In this document: one piece after another, positions 1 through 9,031 of the stretch
How the letters are laid out: each line of letters begins with the position of its first letter
Numbering within the stretch: the first letter of the stretch is position 1
Assembly: GCA_051747805.1 (NCBI GenBank)
Contig: JBNJGP010000010.1
Location: 1-44,083, forward strand
Source of the DNA: Candidatus Muiribacteriota bacterium
Lineage (GTDB): Bacteria > Muiribacteriota > Muiribacteriia > Muiribacteriales > Muiribacteriaceae
DNA: 44,083 bases
Reading direction: 5' to 3'
Program-made: the position numbers and the translations under genes
Notes under the pieces: generated by a model
The model's input: the letters and a program-made list of their open reading frames with translations, nothing else
Told to the model about the DNA's origin: nothing
Databases searched by the model: none

Positions 1-140
1 TTTATCTTAACGCCCATGAACCTGTTTACTTTGTTTTCAGTGCTACACAGAGAATTCCTGAAACATCATATAATGATTCAGAGGTAAGAGATAATAGAAC
101 AATAGATATAAGTAAAATAAAAATTGAGAGAAGAGATTAA
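1..140 (+). CDS. 3' end of a CDS entering from the left edge, product unknown
   Basis: Frame 3 is open from the window edge (YLNAHEPVYFVFSATQRIPETSYNDSEVRDNRTIDISKIKIERRD) to TAA at 138-140, on the same strand as its neighbours. Confidence 0.65.
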   Translation, partial: YLNAHEPVYFVFSATQRIPETSYNDSEVRDNRTIDISKIKIERRD

Positions 141-181
141 AGGCAACTATTGTTGCCGGTGAAACTAAGAAAGTAAAACGA

Positions 182-235
182 GTGGTCAGGCCTACACACT
201 TTGCTTTTTCGCAAAGTGATGTCGGTGCTGACCCC
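182..235 (-). repeat. Dispersed hairpin repeat, copy 1 (REP-like)
   Basis: Minus strand reads GGGGTCAGCACCGACAT-CACTTTGC-GAAAAA-GCAAAGTG-TGTAGGCCTGACCAC; its arms match 5798-5849. Confidence 0.8.
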
Positions 236-293
236 ATCAAATCAAGGATTTTCTCTATTTTCATTGAGAATTGCTGATTTAAATTGCTTCTTT

Positions 294-323
294 TTGACGT
301 ATAAATAAAAAATATGCTATAAT
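294..323 (+). promoter_or_regulatory. sigma70-type promoter for the pilin-like operon
   Basis: TTGACG-N18-TATAAT with extended TG; AGGAGG RBS before the ATG at 360. Confidence 0.65.
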
Positions 324-359
324 TAAATATAGTAGTAATGTCTTTAAGGAGGTAATTTA

Positions 360-1004
360 ATGTTTCCTCTGATAAAAAATAAAAAAGCGTTCACTCTTGT
401 TGAATTAATAGCAGTTACTGCAATAATAAGTTTTTTATCATATGTTTCTGTTCCTTTCGGAGAATCTGTTTATGAAAATGCCCGGGAAGAACAGGTTCAA
501 GTTTCACTTGAACGCATGAGAAACGCTCTTGATAATTACTATCGCGATCATGGATACTATCCTCAAATCCCTACTTTTACACCTGGAGAGGATGGTGTAA
601 CAGCATTACAGGTTCTTGAAAGAGAGCTTGCAGGAAAAGAAATTGATGATTATGGTCCGCACACTGACCCTACATATTATGAACAGGTGCAGAAAGTATA
701 TTTATCTGAAATACCTCCTAACCCATTTACCGGAAAAAAAGAAGACTGGGAAATAAGGGATAGTTATATACCGTCATGGCGTTCAGCCAACCAGGCGATG
801 CAGCCTGCCACAGGGACTGCATGGGGGGATGATATAAGCGCAGAGACAGGCACATTTGCCTCGGGGGATATTCAGGCAACTGGAACATTTCATGATGAAA
901 CACAATTTGAGAGAACATATGATATATATGATATTAGATTTCCGGGATATTTAAATAGAACAACAATTAAAGGTGGACGTGAAAGGGATCTTTCAGAATT
1001 CTAA
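360..1004 (+). CDS. Type II secretion GspG-like pseudopilin / type IV prepilin
   Basis: Class III signal KKA-FTLVELIAV with Glu5, followed by the GspG-like segment RNALDNYYRDHGYYP and YLSEIPPNPFTG. Confidence 0.85.
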   Translation: MFPLIKNKKAFTLVELIAVTAIISFLSYVSVPFGESVYENAREEQVQVSLERMRNALDNYYRDHGYYPQIPTFTPGEDGVTALQVLERELAGKEIDDYGPHTDPTYYEQVQKVYLSEIPPNPFTGKKEDWEIRDSYIPSWRSANQAMQPATGTAWGDDISAETGTFASGDIQATGTFHDETQFERTYDIYDIRFPGYLNRTTIKGGRERDLSEF

Positions 1005-1007
1005 AAT

Positions 1008-1802
1008 ATGATTTTATTAAAAAATAAAGGTTTTTCATTAGTTGAACTCATGGTTTCCACAGTTCTTTTAATGATGCTTGCATTACTTGTGAATCCTAAT
1101 CCCATGACTAAAGTAAGAGTGAGGCAGGAAGCTCAGTTAAAAGATATTATAGATTCTACCAGAAGAGCTCTTATTCAGTATAGAAACGATTATGGCTTTT
1201 ATCCGAAAATCAGAGAAACTTATAATTATATAGATGATATGAATGTTAGTTTAAGAGGTGTTTCTTTAGAAGATGATGTTTTTTATGATGAAGATTATAA
1301 TGAATTAAATGGATGGGAATATATTGGTGTTTTAAGAATGGTTTTAGAAGCTTCTTTACTTGAGGCTCAACTGCCGTATGAGTTCAGATATATTTTTATG
1401 CCGGAGGATATGGCATTTCAACCACCATATTTAAGAGGTGACGGAAAAAGTAGCCCAGAAATTATATGGCATGAACATACACAACCTCGCGGTTTTTTTG
1501 AAAATCCTGTAACCTACGATAAGGATGACTGGGAAGTGCTTGTAAGGGATTTTGAAACAGGTCACAGAGTATGGGTTAATATAGGAAAAACGCTTTATGA
1601 TAACATTTATTATGATGACCCTTCAGATTCTAATGTAATCAGTGGAATTAATACAATTGAGGATTTAATCGATCCTCCGTCACCGTTAAATGATTTTCAG
1701 ATTACAGATATAAGATTCCCTAAAAAAATAGGTGAAAGTCGTGATGATTCCGAAACTGGACGTTTCAGAGGAATAAATAAAGTTTATTATTATGAGTGGT
1801 AA
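1008..1802 (+). CDS. Second prepilin/pseudopilin-like protein
   Basis: KG-FSLVELMV methylation motif; RRALIQYRNDYGFYP parallels the upstream gene; both share DWE and DIRFP motifs near the C-terminus. Confidence 0.85.
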   Translation: MILLKNKGFSLVELMVSTVLLMMLALLVNPNPMTKVRVRQEAQLKDIIDSTRRALIQYRNDYGFYPKIRETYNYIDDMNVSLRGVSLEDDVFYDEDYNELNGWEYIGVLRMVLEASLLEAQLPYEFRYIFMPEDMAFQPPYLRGDGKSSPEIIWHEHTQPRGFFENPVTYDKDDWEVLVRDFETGHRVWVNIGKTLYDNIYYDDPSDSNVISGINTIEDLIDPPSPLNDFQITDIRFPKKIGESRDDSETGRFRGINKVYYYEW

Positions 1803-3435
1803 ATTAAACCGGATTTTATTGCTTTTATTTCCCTTTCTTCCGTTGCTTTTTTCTAAAGTTTTTACTGAACTTTTTTTGTTTCCAAAAACCATTTCTGGTG
1901 GATTTATTTTTTCTTTATGTCTTTTTTTTTATTTTTGGTCAAATAAAAAATTTCAAATTTTAAATCCTTTATATTTTCTGATATTTTTAGTTTTTGTTTC
2001 ATTACATGGATTTTTTGAAGCAAGACTCCCGATGAATTCGGCATTTGTGGTTTTATATGGGGCTTTATTTTATATTTTTTTACAGCAGAAGTATTTTTAT
2101 TCAAAAAAAAAATATTTCATTTTTTTGAATTTAACCGCTATTATAATTTCTATTTATGCTTTGTTTCAAGCATTTGGTTATGACCCTTTTTTTCCTGTTA
2201 ACCCGGGCGATTATTATGAGAGATTAAACAGCTTTTTTTCTACATTGGGTAATAAAAATTATGTCGGGGAGTTCTTATTCACAGTATTTTTAATAAACTG
2301 GTGTATTGGTTTAAGGAATAAATGGTTTAATTATCTTTATATATTAATAATTTTTCTTGTTTTTTCAAGAACAGTATTGGTTTTTCTTTTTCTTTTTTTT
2401 ATTTTTAACTTTAAAAAGAAAAAATATTTTTATTATTTTCTAACAGTTTTTATATGTTTTATTATTATTGCTTTATATACTGGTTATTTTTCACAGTGGC
2501 AGTTTCAGAATATGTTTACTTTTGAGAATAAAAACAGCCTCTCTCAGAGATTGTATATATGGGTAACAACTCTTGAAATTATAAAAGATTACTTTTTCTT
2601 TGGTGTTGGTGCAGGTCATTACGGGGAAGCTTTCAATTATTTTCAGCATATTAATCTATTTAATTTTGAATATAGTTATTTTTGTAAAGCAAATTTTGCT
2701 CATAATGAGGTTTTACACATTTTTGCAGTTTTTGGATTAACCGGTTTTATGATTTTAATTTTTATGCTTTTTCCATTGTTTAAAAAAATCTTTTATTCTT
2801 CAAAATACCGGGTAATTTTTTTATATCTTATATATCAATCCATGTTTTCCTTTCCATTACGTCTTCCCTCGGTATGGGTGGCAATTTTTCCTGTTGTTAA
2901 TCTGTTTTTTTTAAAACTAAATAAAAGGAGCTACAAGAAAATTAAGATTTTGACTTTCCTGATTATTTATGCGCTTATTATAAATTCTTATATTATTTTT
3001 TCTTCTGTTTTAACAGATTATTATGTCAAAAGGGGTATAAAAGCACAGAATAACGAAAAGAAAATAGAATATTTAAAGAAAGCCTCAAGGTTTAATATAA
3101 ATTCCTATGAAGTAGATTATAATCTGGGGAAAATTTATCTGGGTATGGATAAAACCAGTCAGGGGCTTTTTCATCTTGAAAAAACGCTAAATTATACAAA
3201 GCTACCGATGGTATTTTATTACAGGGGACTTGCTTTTGAGACTCATGGTTATAGTCAGAAGGCTATAAATGATTTTGAAAAATTTGTTGAGTTTTTCCCG
3301 CTTTCTTATAGAGGATATTTTAATCTTTATATGCTTTATCGTGATATAGATTCTCAAAAAGCCGCCCATTATTTTGAGCTGTTTAATACGTTTAAAGAGC
3401 TTATATCTTCTGAAGAAAAGTTATTTGACAGATAG
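1792..3435 (+). CDS. O-antigen ligase (Wzy_C) family membrane protein with C-terminal TPRs; possible protein O-oligosaccharyltransferase
   Basis: Many TM segments; STLGNKN, RLYIW, GVGAG and AHNE motifs; TPR-like YNLGKIY and YYRGLAF. Confidence 0.8.
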   Translation: MSGKLNRILLLLFPFLPLLFSKVFTELFLFPKTISGGFIFSLCLFFYFWSNKKFQILNPLYFLIFLVFVSLHGFFEARLPMNSAFVVLYGALFYIFLQQKYFYSKKKYFIFLNLTAIIISIYALFQAFGYDPFFPVNPGDYYERLNSFFSTLGNKNYVGEFLFTVFLINWCIGLRNKWFNYLYILIIFLVFSRTVLVFLFLFFIFNFKKKKYFYYFLTVFICFIIIALYTGYFSQWQFQNMFTFENKNSLSQRLYIWVTTLEIIKDYFFFGVGAGHYGEAFNYFQHINLFNFEYSYFCKANFAHNEVLHIFAVFGLTGFMILIFMLFPLFKKIFYSSKYRVIFLYLIYQSMFSFPLRLPSVWVAIFPVVNLFFLKLNKRSYKKIKILTFLIIYALIINSYIIFSSVLTDYYVKRGIKAQNNEKKIEYLKKASRFNINSYEVDYNLGKIYLGMDKTSQGLFHLEKTLNYTKLPMVFYYRGLAFETHGYSQKAINDFEKFVEFFPLSYRGYFNLYMLYRDIDSQKAAHYFELFNTFKELISSEEKLFDR

Positions 3436-3525
3436 AATTAAAGGTTGTTAATATATTTACGCCTTGAGTTGTCAAAGTAAAGGTTTGAACATAGCGTGAA
3501 CATAAAAAAAAAAAGGAGTAAACTT

Positions 3526-5187
3526 ATGAAAGGACTAAGGATTTTATTTGTTCTAGTATTGATTGCGGGGATAATTACTGGGTGCGGGGCCGGGGATGAA
3601 ATTCCGGAAACTCAAGTTGAGGATGTAGAAGGAATTGACGGACAGTCGTCTTTACCAGCGCAGCCGGATGAGGATAAACTAGTGGCAGAATTTAACGGAA
3701 CAGAAGTTACTATGGGTGATTTTGTTGCTGAAATTGACAGTATACCTGAGGAATATAAGATGAATCTTCTTTCAAGTCCAGGTGGCCTTGAAATGCTACT
3801 TGAAAGGTATGTTGAATTTAGACTGGTGACCAAAAAAATTGAAGAAACCGGTTATCTTGAAACAATTAAAGATGAAATTCAGCAGATGGAAGATAGCGTT
3901 GTTGTAAGTACTTTTACAGAAATGAAAAAACAGGAACTTTCAGCTGATGTTGAAGTAAGTGAAGAAGAAATAGAGGAATATTTTCAGCAGAACAAAGAGG
4001 AGTTCAGCGGTGGTGGCAGCGTTCATGCAGGCCATATACTTCTTGATGAAGAAGCTGGAGAAGAGGTTGCTTATGAGCTTAGAAATAAAATAATTGAAGG
4101 CGAGGTAGAATTTGAAGAGGCTGCAAAAAATATGTCTGTTTGTCCTTCTGGAGAAGAAGGCGGTGATTTAGGTCAATTTTCAAAAGGACAGATGGTGCCT
4201 GAATTTGAAGAGGTAGCTTTTTCGCTGGAGGAAAATGAAATTTCAGAACCAGTTAAAACATCTTTTGGCTGGCATTTAATAAAATGTTACAGCACTTCAG
4301 GTAGTGACGATGTTGAATTAGATGAGGTCAGACCACAGATTAAATCTCAGCTTCAACAGCAGAAAGGTGAGCAAGCATTTGGCAAATGGAAAAAAAGTTT
4401 GATTGGTGATGAAGAGGTAGAATATCATGAAAGCGGTTCACATGCTGCCTCATTAGATGGAGAGCCTATAATAACTCAGGAACAGGTTGACAGAGAAATT
4501 GCAAATCTTCCTGAACATATGAAGGCACATTATATGCAGGGTGAAAATCGTATAATGATAGTACAGGCTTTAGTTGAACGTCATATGATGAAAGATATAG
4601 CCTATGAAACAGGAGTTCAGGATCGACCGGAAGTTGTTAATCAGGTTGAAGAAACTTTAAAGAATTTTGTTGTTGAGCAGTTTATTTCTGATTATGTAGA
4701 AGAAGAAAGTGTTATTTCTGATGATCAGCTTAGAGAATATTATGAGGAAAATAATGAAGTTTATACTGGAAAATATATCTTTTTATCAAAACAGGTTAAA
4801 GATGAAAATGAAATAAAAGAATTAATTTCTGAAATAGAGGAAAAATATGATTCTCATGATTTTGAAGAACTGGCAAGTGAATACTCTGATGACCCTTCGG
4901 CACAGGAGGGCGGTGATATAGGAAGTTTTATGAAGGATGAAATTTTCCCGGAAATTTCCAAAAAGCTTGATGGTATTGAGGTTGGCCAGAGAACTGGTTT
5001 TGTTGAAATACCTGCAGGATTTGCAGATGTTTTAATTACTGATATACAGGAAGCTGAATTTGAAAAAATTAAAGACAGGCTTGAACAGGCGCTGTCATCT
5101 AAAATGAAAAATGAGGCTTATGAGAATTTAATGGCCGATTTAAGAGAGGAGTACAACCTTAAAATATACAGCGAGAATTTAATGTGA
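3526..5187 (+). CDS. PrsA/SurA-like lipoprotein foldase with two PpiC (parvulin) domains
   Basis: GGAG RBS favours the ATG at 3526; lipobox ITGC; HILL...GGDLG...MVPEFE...FGWHLI, plus a second SDDPSAQEGGDIG domain. Confidence 0.85.
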   Translation: MKGLRILFVLVLIAGIITGCGAGDEIPETQVEDVEGIDGQSSLPAQPDEDKLVAEFNGTEVTMGDFVAEIDSIPEEYKMNLLSSPGGLEMLLERYVEFRLVTKKIEETGYLETIKDEIQQMEDSVVVSTFTEMKKQELSADVEVSEEEIEEYFQQNKEEFSGGGSVHAGHILLDEEAGEEVAYELRNKIIEGEVEFEEAAKNMSVCPSGEEGGDLGQFSKGQMVPEFEEVAFSLEENEISEPVKTSFGWHLIKCYSTSGSDDVELDEVRPQIKSQLQQQKGEQAFGKWKKSLIGDEEVEYHESGSHAASLDGEPIITQEQVDREIANLPEHMKAHYMQGENRIMIVQALVERHMMKDIAYETGVQDRPEVVNQVEETLKNFVVEQFISDYVEEESVISDDQLREYYEENNEVYTGKYIFLSKQVKDENEIKELISEIEEKYDSHDFEELASEYSDDPSAQEGGDIGSFMKDEIFPEISKKLDGIEVGQRTGFVEIPAGFADVLITDIQEAEFEKIKDRLEQALSSKMKNEAYENLMADLREEYNLKIYSENLM

Positions 5188-5783
5188 AAAAACTATTGGA
5201 AGTAATGGAAAAACTGCGCTCAGAAGAAGGGTGCCCATGGGACAGAGAGCAGACTTTGAGCTCTCTGTCAGAGTTTCTTATAGAAGAGGCTTATGAGCTT
5301 GAAGAGGCTATGTTAAACGGCGATTTTGAAGCTCATTGTGAAGAACTGGGCGACCTTCTTCTGCAGATTGCCTTTCAATGCACTATAGCGAAGGAAAAAG
5401 GAAATTTCAGTTATGAAGATGTTGAAAAAAGAATCTGTTCAAAGATGATTGAAAGGCATCCTCATGTTTTTTCAGATGCTGTTGCCAGGGATTCTGCAGA
5501 TGTTTTAAAAATATGGAATAAGTCTAAAAAGAAAAAATATGGCTCTGTAACGGCTGGAATCCCTGTAAAATTACCTGCCTTGATGAAAGCTTCGAAAGTT
5601 TATAAACGACTTTCAAATGTTGATGAAAGTTTTTTTAATAAAAACAAAATTGAAAGTTCTTTTGATATTAAGAGTGAAGAAGAGGCTGGGAAATTTTTGT
5701 TTGATTTTGCTGCTTATTGTAAAGAAAAAAATATTGAACCGGAAAGAGCTTTAAATAATTTTATAAAAAATAAGTTAATTTAA
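5184..5783 (+). CDS. mazG: MazG nucleoside triphosphate pyrophosphohydrolase
   Basis: LRSEEGCPWDREQT, EEAYE, EELGDLL and RHPHVF motifs; second domain shortened. Confidence 0.9.
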   Translation: MKKLLEVMEKLRSEEGCPWDREQTLSSLSEFLIEEAYELEEAMLNGDFEAHCEELGDLLLQIAFQCTIAKEKGNFSYEDVEKRICSKMIERHPHVFSDAVARDSADVLKIWNKSKKKKYGSVTAGIPVKLPALMKASKVYKRLSNVDESFFNKNKIESSFDIKSEEEAGKFLFDFAAYCKEKNIEPERALNNFIKNKLI

Positions 5784-5797
5784 GTCTTGAGTTCACG

Positions 5798-5849
5798 GGG
5801 GTCTGTGCCGACATGAAATTTCACAAGAAATTTCTGTAGGCCTGACCAC
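5798..5849 (+). repeat. Dispersed hairpin repeat, copy 2
   Basis: GGGGTCTGTGCCGACAT-GAAATTTC-ACAA-GAAATTTC-TGTAGGCCTGACCAC. Confidence 0.8.
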
Positions 5850-5868
5850 AAAAGCCTTTTTAAAAAAT

Positions 5869-5897
5869 TTGCTAAACTCAAGTTTAAGTGTTATAAA
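5869..5897 (+). promoter_or_regulatory. sigma70-type promoter for the accB-like/accC unit
   Basis: TTGCTA-N17-TATAAA with extended TG. Confidence 0.5.
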
Positions 5898-5924
5898 TTC
5901 AAGTATAAAACGGGGAATATAATT

Positions 5925-6374
5925 ATGAACTTTAAAGAAGAACTTGAGTATTTAAAGAATTTAAGTGAGAATTTTTCTCAATCAGGAGCTAATAAGTTAA
6001 ATCTTAAAAATAAAAATATTCAAATAGAGTTAGAAAAAAGCTCCATTTATGTTAAAAATGACTCTAAAGATGTTTATAAAGGTGAAAAAATTTATAACAG
6101 TAAAGAAAAAAATGCCTCGATTAATCAAAATAAACTTATTGAAGCAGAAAGAGTAGGAAAGTTTTTTTCTCTTCATCCACCGGATTCTGAGGATAGAATA
6201 AAAAATGGAAGTGTTATTGCTGAAGGGGAAAAAATAGGGCATATAGTTTCTATGGAAATTGTATACGATATATTTGCTCCCTATGATTTAAAAGTTAAAA
6301 ATATTCTAGTTAATGATGCAGATATCGTTGAATATGGACAGGCTGTTTTTGAGGTAGAACCTCTGAAGGAGTAG
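5925..6374 (+). CDS. Biotin carboxyl carrier protein homolog lacking the biotinylation lysine
   Basis: Biotinyl-domain pattern (VGKFF...GEKIGHI...ILVNDADIVEYGQAVF) directly upstream of accC; EAMKM is replaced by VSMEI. Confidence 0.8.
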   Translation: MNFKEELEYLKNLSENFSQSGANKLNLKNKNIQIELEKSSIYVKNDSKDVYKGEKIYNSKEKNASINQNKLIEAERVGKFFSLHPPDSEDRIKNGSVIAEGEKIGHIVSMEIVYDIFAPYDLKVKNILVNDADIVEYGQAVFEVEPLKE

Positions 6375-6376
6375 TT

Positions 6377-7708
6377 GTGTTTAAAAAAATTTTAATTGCA
6401 AATCGCGGTGAAATAGCTGTAAGAATTATAAGAGCATGTAGAGAGTTAAATATTAAAAGTGTTGCTGTTTATTCCAGGGCAGATAAATTTTCTCATCACA
6501 GAATGCTTGCTGATGAATCAATATGTATAGGGGAAGCTTCAAGTATTGACAGTTATCTATATATCCCCAATATAATTGCTGCTGCAGAGGCTAAAGGAGT
6601 TGACGCAATTCACCCTGGATATGGTTTTTTGTCTGAAAACCAGAATTTTGTTGAAATTTGTGAGGCGCATAATATAAAGTTTATTGGACCAGCCTTATCA
6701 ACTATGCTTAATATGTCTGATAAAGCTATGGCAAAACAGATAGCTGAATCGGCTGGAGTTCCCGTTCTTCCCGGAAGCAAAGGCACTGTTGAAAACTTTG
6801 AGGATGCTAAAAAAATCGCTTCAGAAATAGGTTTTCCTGTAATAATCAAAGCTTCTTTTGGGGGCGGGGGAAAAGGAATGAGAATTGCCCGCGATGATAA
6901 AGAACTTGAATATTTTTTTGATATTGCATCAAATGAGGCCATGAATGCTTTTGGAAATAGCTCTGTTTACATAGAAAAATATGTTGAAAACCCTAAACAT
7001 GTTGAGATACAGGTTTTAGGAGATGGAAAAGGGAATGCAGTTCACTTGTTTGAAAGAGACTGCTCAATTCAGCGTAAACATCAGAAGTTAGTTGAAGAAT
7101 CCCCCTGTATTAATTTAACCCGGCCGCAGAGAGAAAAAATATGTAGTTCTGCAAAAAATCTTGCCGCTATGATAAAATATGAGGGAGCCGGTACACTTGA
7201 GTTTCTGTTTGAAAACGGAAATTTTTATTTTATGGAGATGAACACCAGACTTCAGGTTGAACATCCAGTTACTGAAATGGTTGTTAATGAGGATCTTGTA
7301 AAATGGCAGATACTTATTGCAGCAGGAGAAAAATTTAATCTTTCAAATGAAAAATTAAAAATAAACTGTCATTCAATAGAATGTAGAATTAATGCGGAAG
7401 ACCCCGTAAATAACTTTATGCCTGATGCAGGTAAAATTGAAGGGTTAATACTGCCCGGCGGTCCAAACGTGCGTATAGATTCTTTTGTGTATCAGGGATA
7501 TACAATACCTCCTTACTATGATTCTATGATTGCTAAGTTAATAGTTAGCGGTAAAAATAGACCGGAGGCTCTTTCCAGAATGAAAAGGGCGCTTTATGAA
7601 TTTCAGGTGGAAGGAATAAAGACAACAATACCTTTTCATATTGAATTAATGAATAATAAAGAGTTTATAAATGGAAAATATACAACCAGATTTCTTGAAA
7701 AACAGTAA
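6377..7708 (+). CDS. accC: Biotin carboxylase
   Basis: ILIANRGEIA, HPGYGFLSEN, GGGGKGMR, RDCSIQR, EMNTRLQVEH and YYDSMIAK motifs; GTG start with RBS. Confidence 0.95.
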   Translation: MFKKILIANRGEIAVRIIRACRELNIKSVAVYSRADKFSHHRMLADESICIGEASSIDSYLYIPNIIAAAEAKGVDAIHPGYGFLSENQNFVEICEAHNIKFIGPALSTMLNMSDKAMAKQIAESAGVPVLPGSKGTVENFEDAKKIASEIGFPVIIKASFGGGGKGMRIARDDKELEYFFDIASNEAMNAFGNSSVYIEKYVENPKHVEIQVLGDGKGNAVHLFERDCSIQRKHQKLVEESPCINLTRPQREKICSSAKNLAAMIKYEGAGTLEFLFENGNFYFMEMNTRLQVEHPVTEMVVNEDLVKWQILIAAGEKFNLSNEKLKINCHSIECRINAEDPVNNFMPDAGKIEGLILPGGPNVRIDSFVYQGYTIPPYYDSMIAKLIVSGKNRPEALSRMKRALYEFQVEGIKTTIPFHIELMNNKEFINGKYTTRFLEKQ

Positions 7709-9023
7709 TAATATATTAACTGTTTCAGGTTTAACAAAATACTTAAAAAAAATTATAGAAAGTGATCAGTTTCTATATAATGTTCAGGTTGAGGGCGAAA
7801 TTTCGTATTTTAAGGTTCACTCTTCAGGACATGTTTATTTTGCCCTTAAAGACGGTTATTCTTATATTAAATGTGTAATGTTCAGAAATCATTTTCAAAA
7901 ATCTCCCGCCAGTGTAAAACCTGGTGATATAGTCATAGTTAAAGGGAATATCGGGATATATGCTCAGAGAGGCGAATATCAGCTTTATGTCAGAGCTATT
8001 GATAAAGGTGGCAAGGGCGAACTTTTTAAAAAGTTTGAAGAGTTAAAAAACAAGCTTACAAATAAAGGTTATTTTGACGTTAAATATAAAAAAAAGATAC
8101 CTGAAATCATATCCAGTATTGGTATTGTAAGCGGTTATGAGGCTGCCGGTGCTCAAGATATGCTTAAAATTCTATCACAGGAAAAATTTGATATATATTT
8201 TAAAAATACAAGAGTGCAGGGTGGGGGAGCCTCTCACGAAATTGCGCGCGCAATTAAGGATTTAAACAGTCATGGAAAAAGCGAGGTTATAATTATAGCA
8301 AGAGGCGGGGGTTCTATAGAGGATTTATGGTCATTTAATGAAGAAAAAGTTGCGGAGGCAATTTTTGAAAGTGAAATTCCTGTTATCTCGGCAGTTGGTC
8401 ATGAAATTGATTTTTTAATAAGTGATTTTACGGCTGATTTCAGGGCAGAAACACCTACGGCGGCAGCCGAACTTATTGTAAACGGCAAAAAAAGAATGAG
8501 AGAAAAATTAGTGAATTATCGTAGAAGAGTGATTAATGGTATTCATAATCTGTTAGTTTTATGGAAAGAAAAGCTCAAAAATACCGGGGCAAAAAAACTT
8601 GAGAGAGGATTGATTAACTATATTCAAAGCTCAGAAAAAAATCTCTTCATATCAAAAAAAAATTTAAACAGAAGCGCTGTTAATTATTTAAATAATTTGA
8701 ACACAAGAATTCAAAAAAATAAAATTAAGATTTCAAGAGGGGAAAGAACACTTAATGAGTTGCGTTTAAAGCTTGATTTTATCAGAGAAAATTTAAAAAC
8801 AGAGGCTTTAAACTTTGTTTTAGAATATAAAAAAAGGATTTATTATGCGAAAACACAGATTAATGCATGTAATCCAGAAAATATTTTAAAAAAAGGATTT
8901 TTGCTGATTGAAAATGAAAAAGGGGAAATTTTAAAATCTGTTAAACAGGTTAAAAAGAAAGACCAATTAAATATTTTGCTGGCAGACGGAAAAGTAAAGG
9001 CTGTGGTTAAAGAAATATATTAG
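7671..9023 (+). CDS. xseA: Exodeoxyribonuclease VII large subunit (true start may be the TTG at 7695)
   Basis: VEGEIS...SSGHVYF OB fold; RGGGSIEDLWSFN, SAVGHEID and TPTAAAE motifs. Confidence 0.95.
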   Translation: MENIQPDFLKNSNNILTVSGLTKYLKKIIESDQFLYNVQVEGEISYFKVHSSGHVYFALKDGYSYIKCVMFRNHFQKSPASVKPGDIVIVKGNIGIYAQRGEYQLYVRAIDKGGKGELFKKFEELKNKLTNKGYFDVKYKKKIPEIISSIGIVSGYEAAGAQDMLKILSQEKFDIYFKNTRVQGGGASHEIARAIKDLNSHGKSEVIIIARGGGSIEDLWSFNEEKVAEAIFESEIPVISAVGHEIDFLISDFTADFRAETPTAAAELIVNGKKRMREKLVNYRRRVINGIHNLLVLWKEKLKNTGAKKLERGLINYIQSSEKNLFISKKNLNRSAVNYLNNLNTRIQKNKIKISRGERTLNELRLKLDFIRENLKTEALNFVLEYKKRIYYAKTQINACNPENILKKGFLLIENEKGEILKSVKQVKKKDQLNILLADGKVKAVVKEIY

Positions 9024-9031
9024 GAGGAAAT

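Noticed and set aside
142..157. GGCAAC-TATT-GTTGCC hairpin after the first stop codon as a terminator
   Set aside because: No following U-tract; too weak to call
182..235. Hairpin repeat as a known riboswitch, tRNA or CRISPR repeat
   Set aside because: It lacks consensus features I can recognise, is not arrayed with spacers, and occurs in both orientations relative to downstream genes
43..264. 73-aa minus-strand ORF
   Set aside because: It runs antisense to the truncated + strand CDS and through the repeat element; no recognisable protein features
5184..5783. Degenerate second MazG domain as a novelty
   Set aside because: Shortened MazG proteins are common and the first domain is intact
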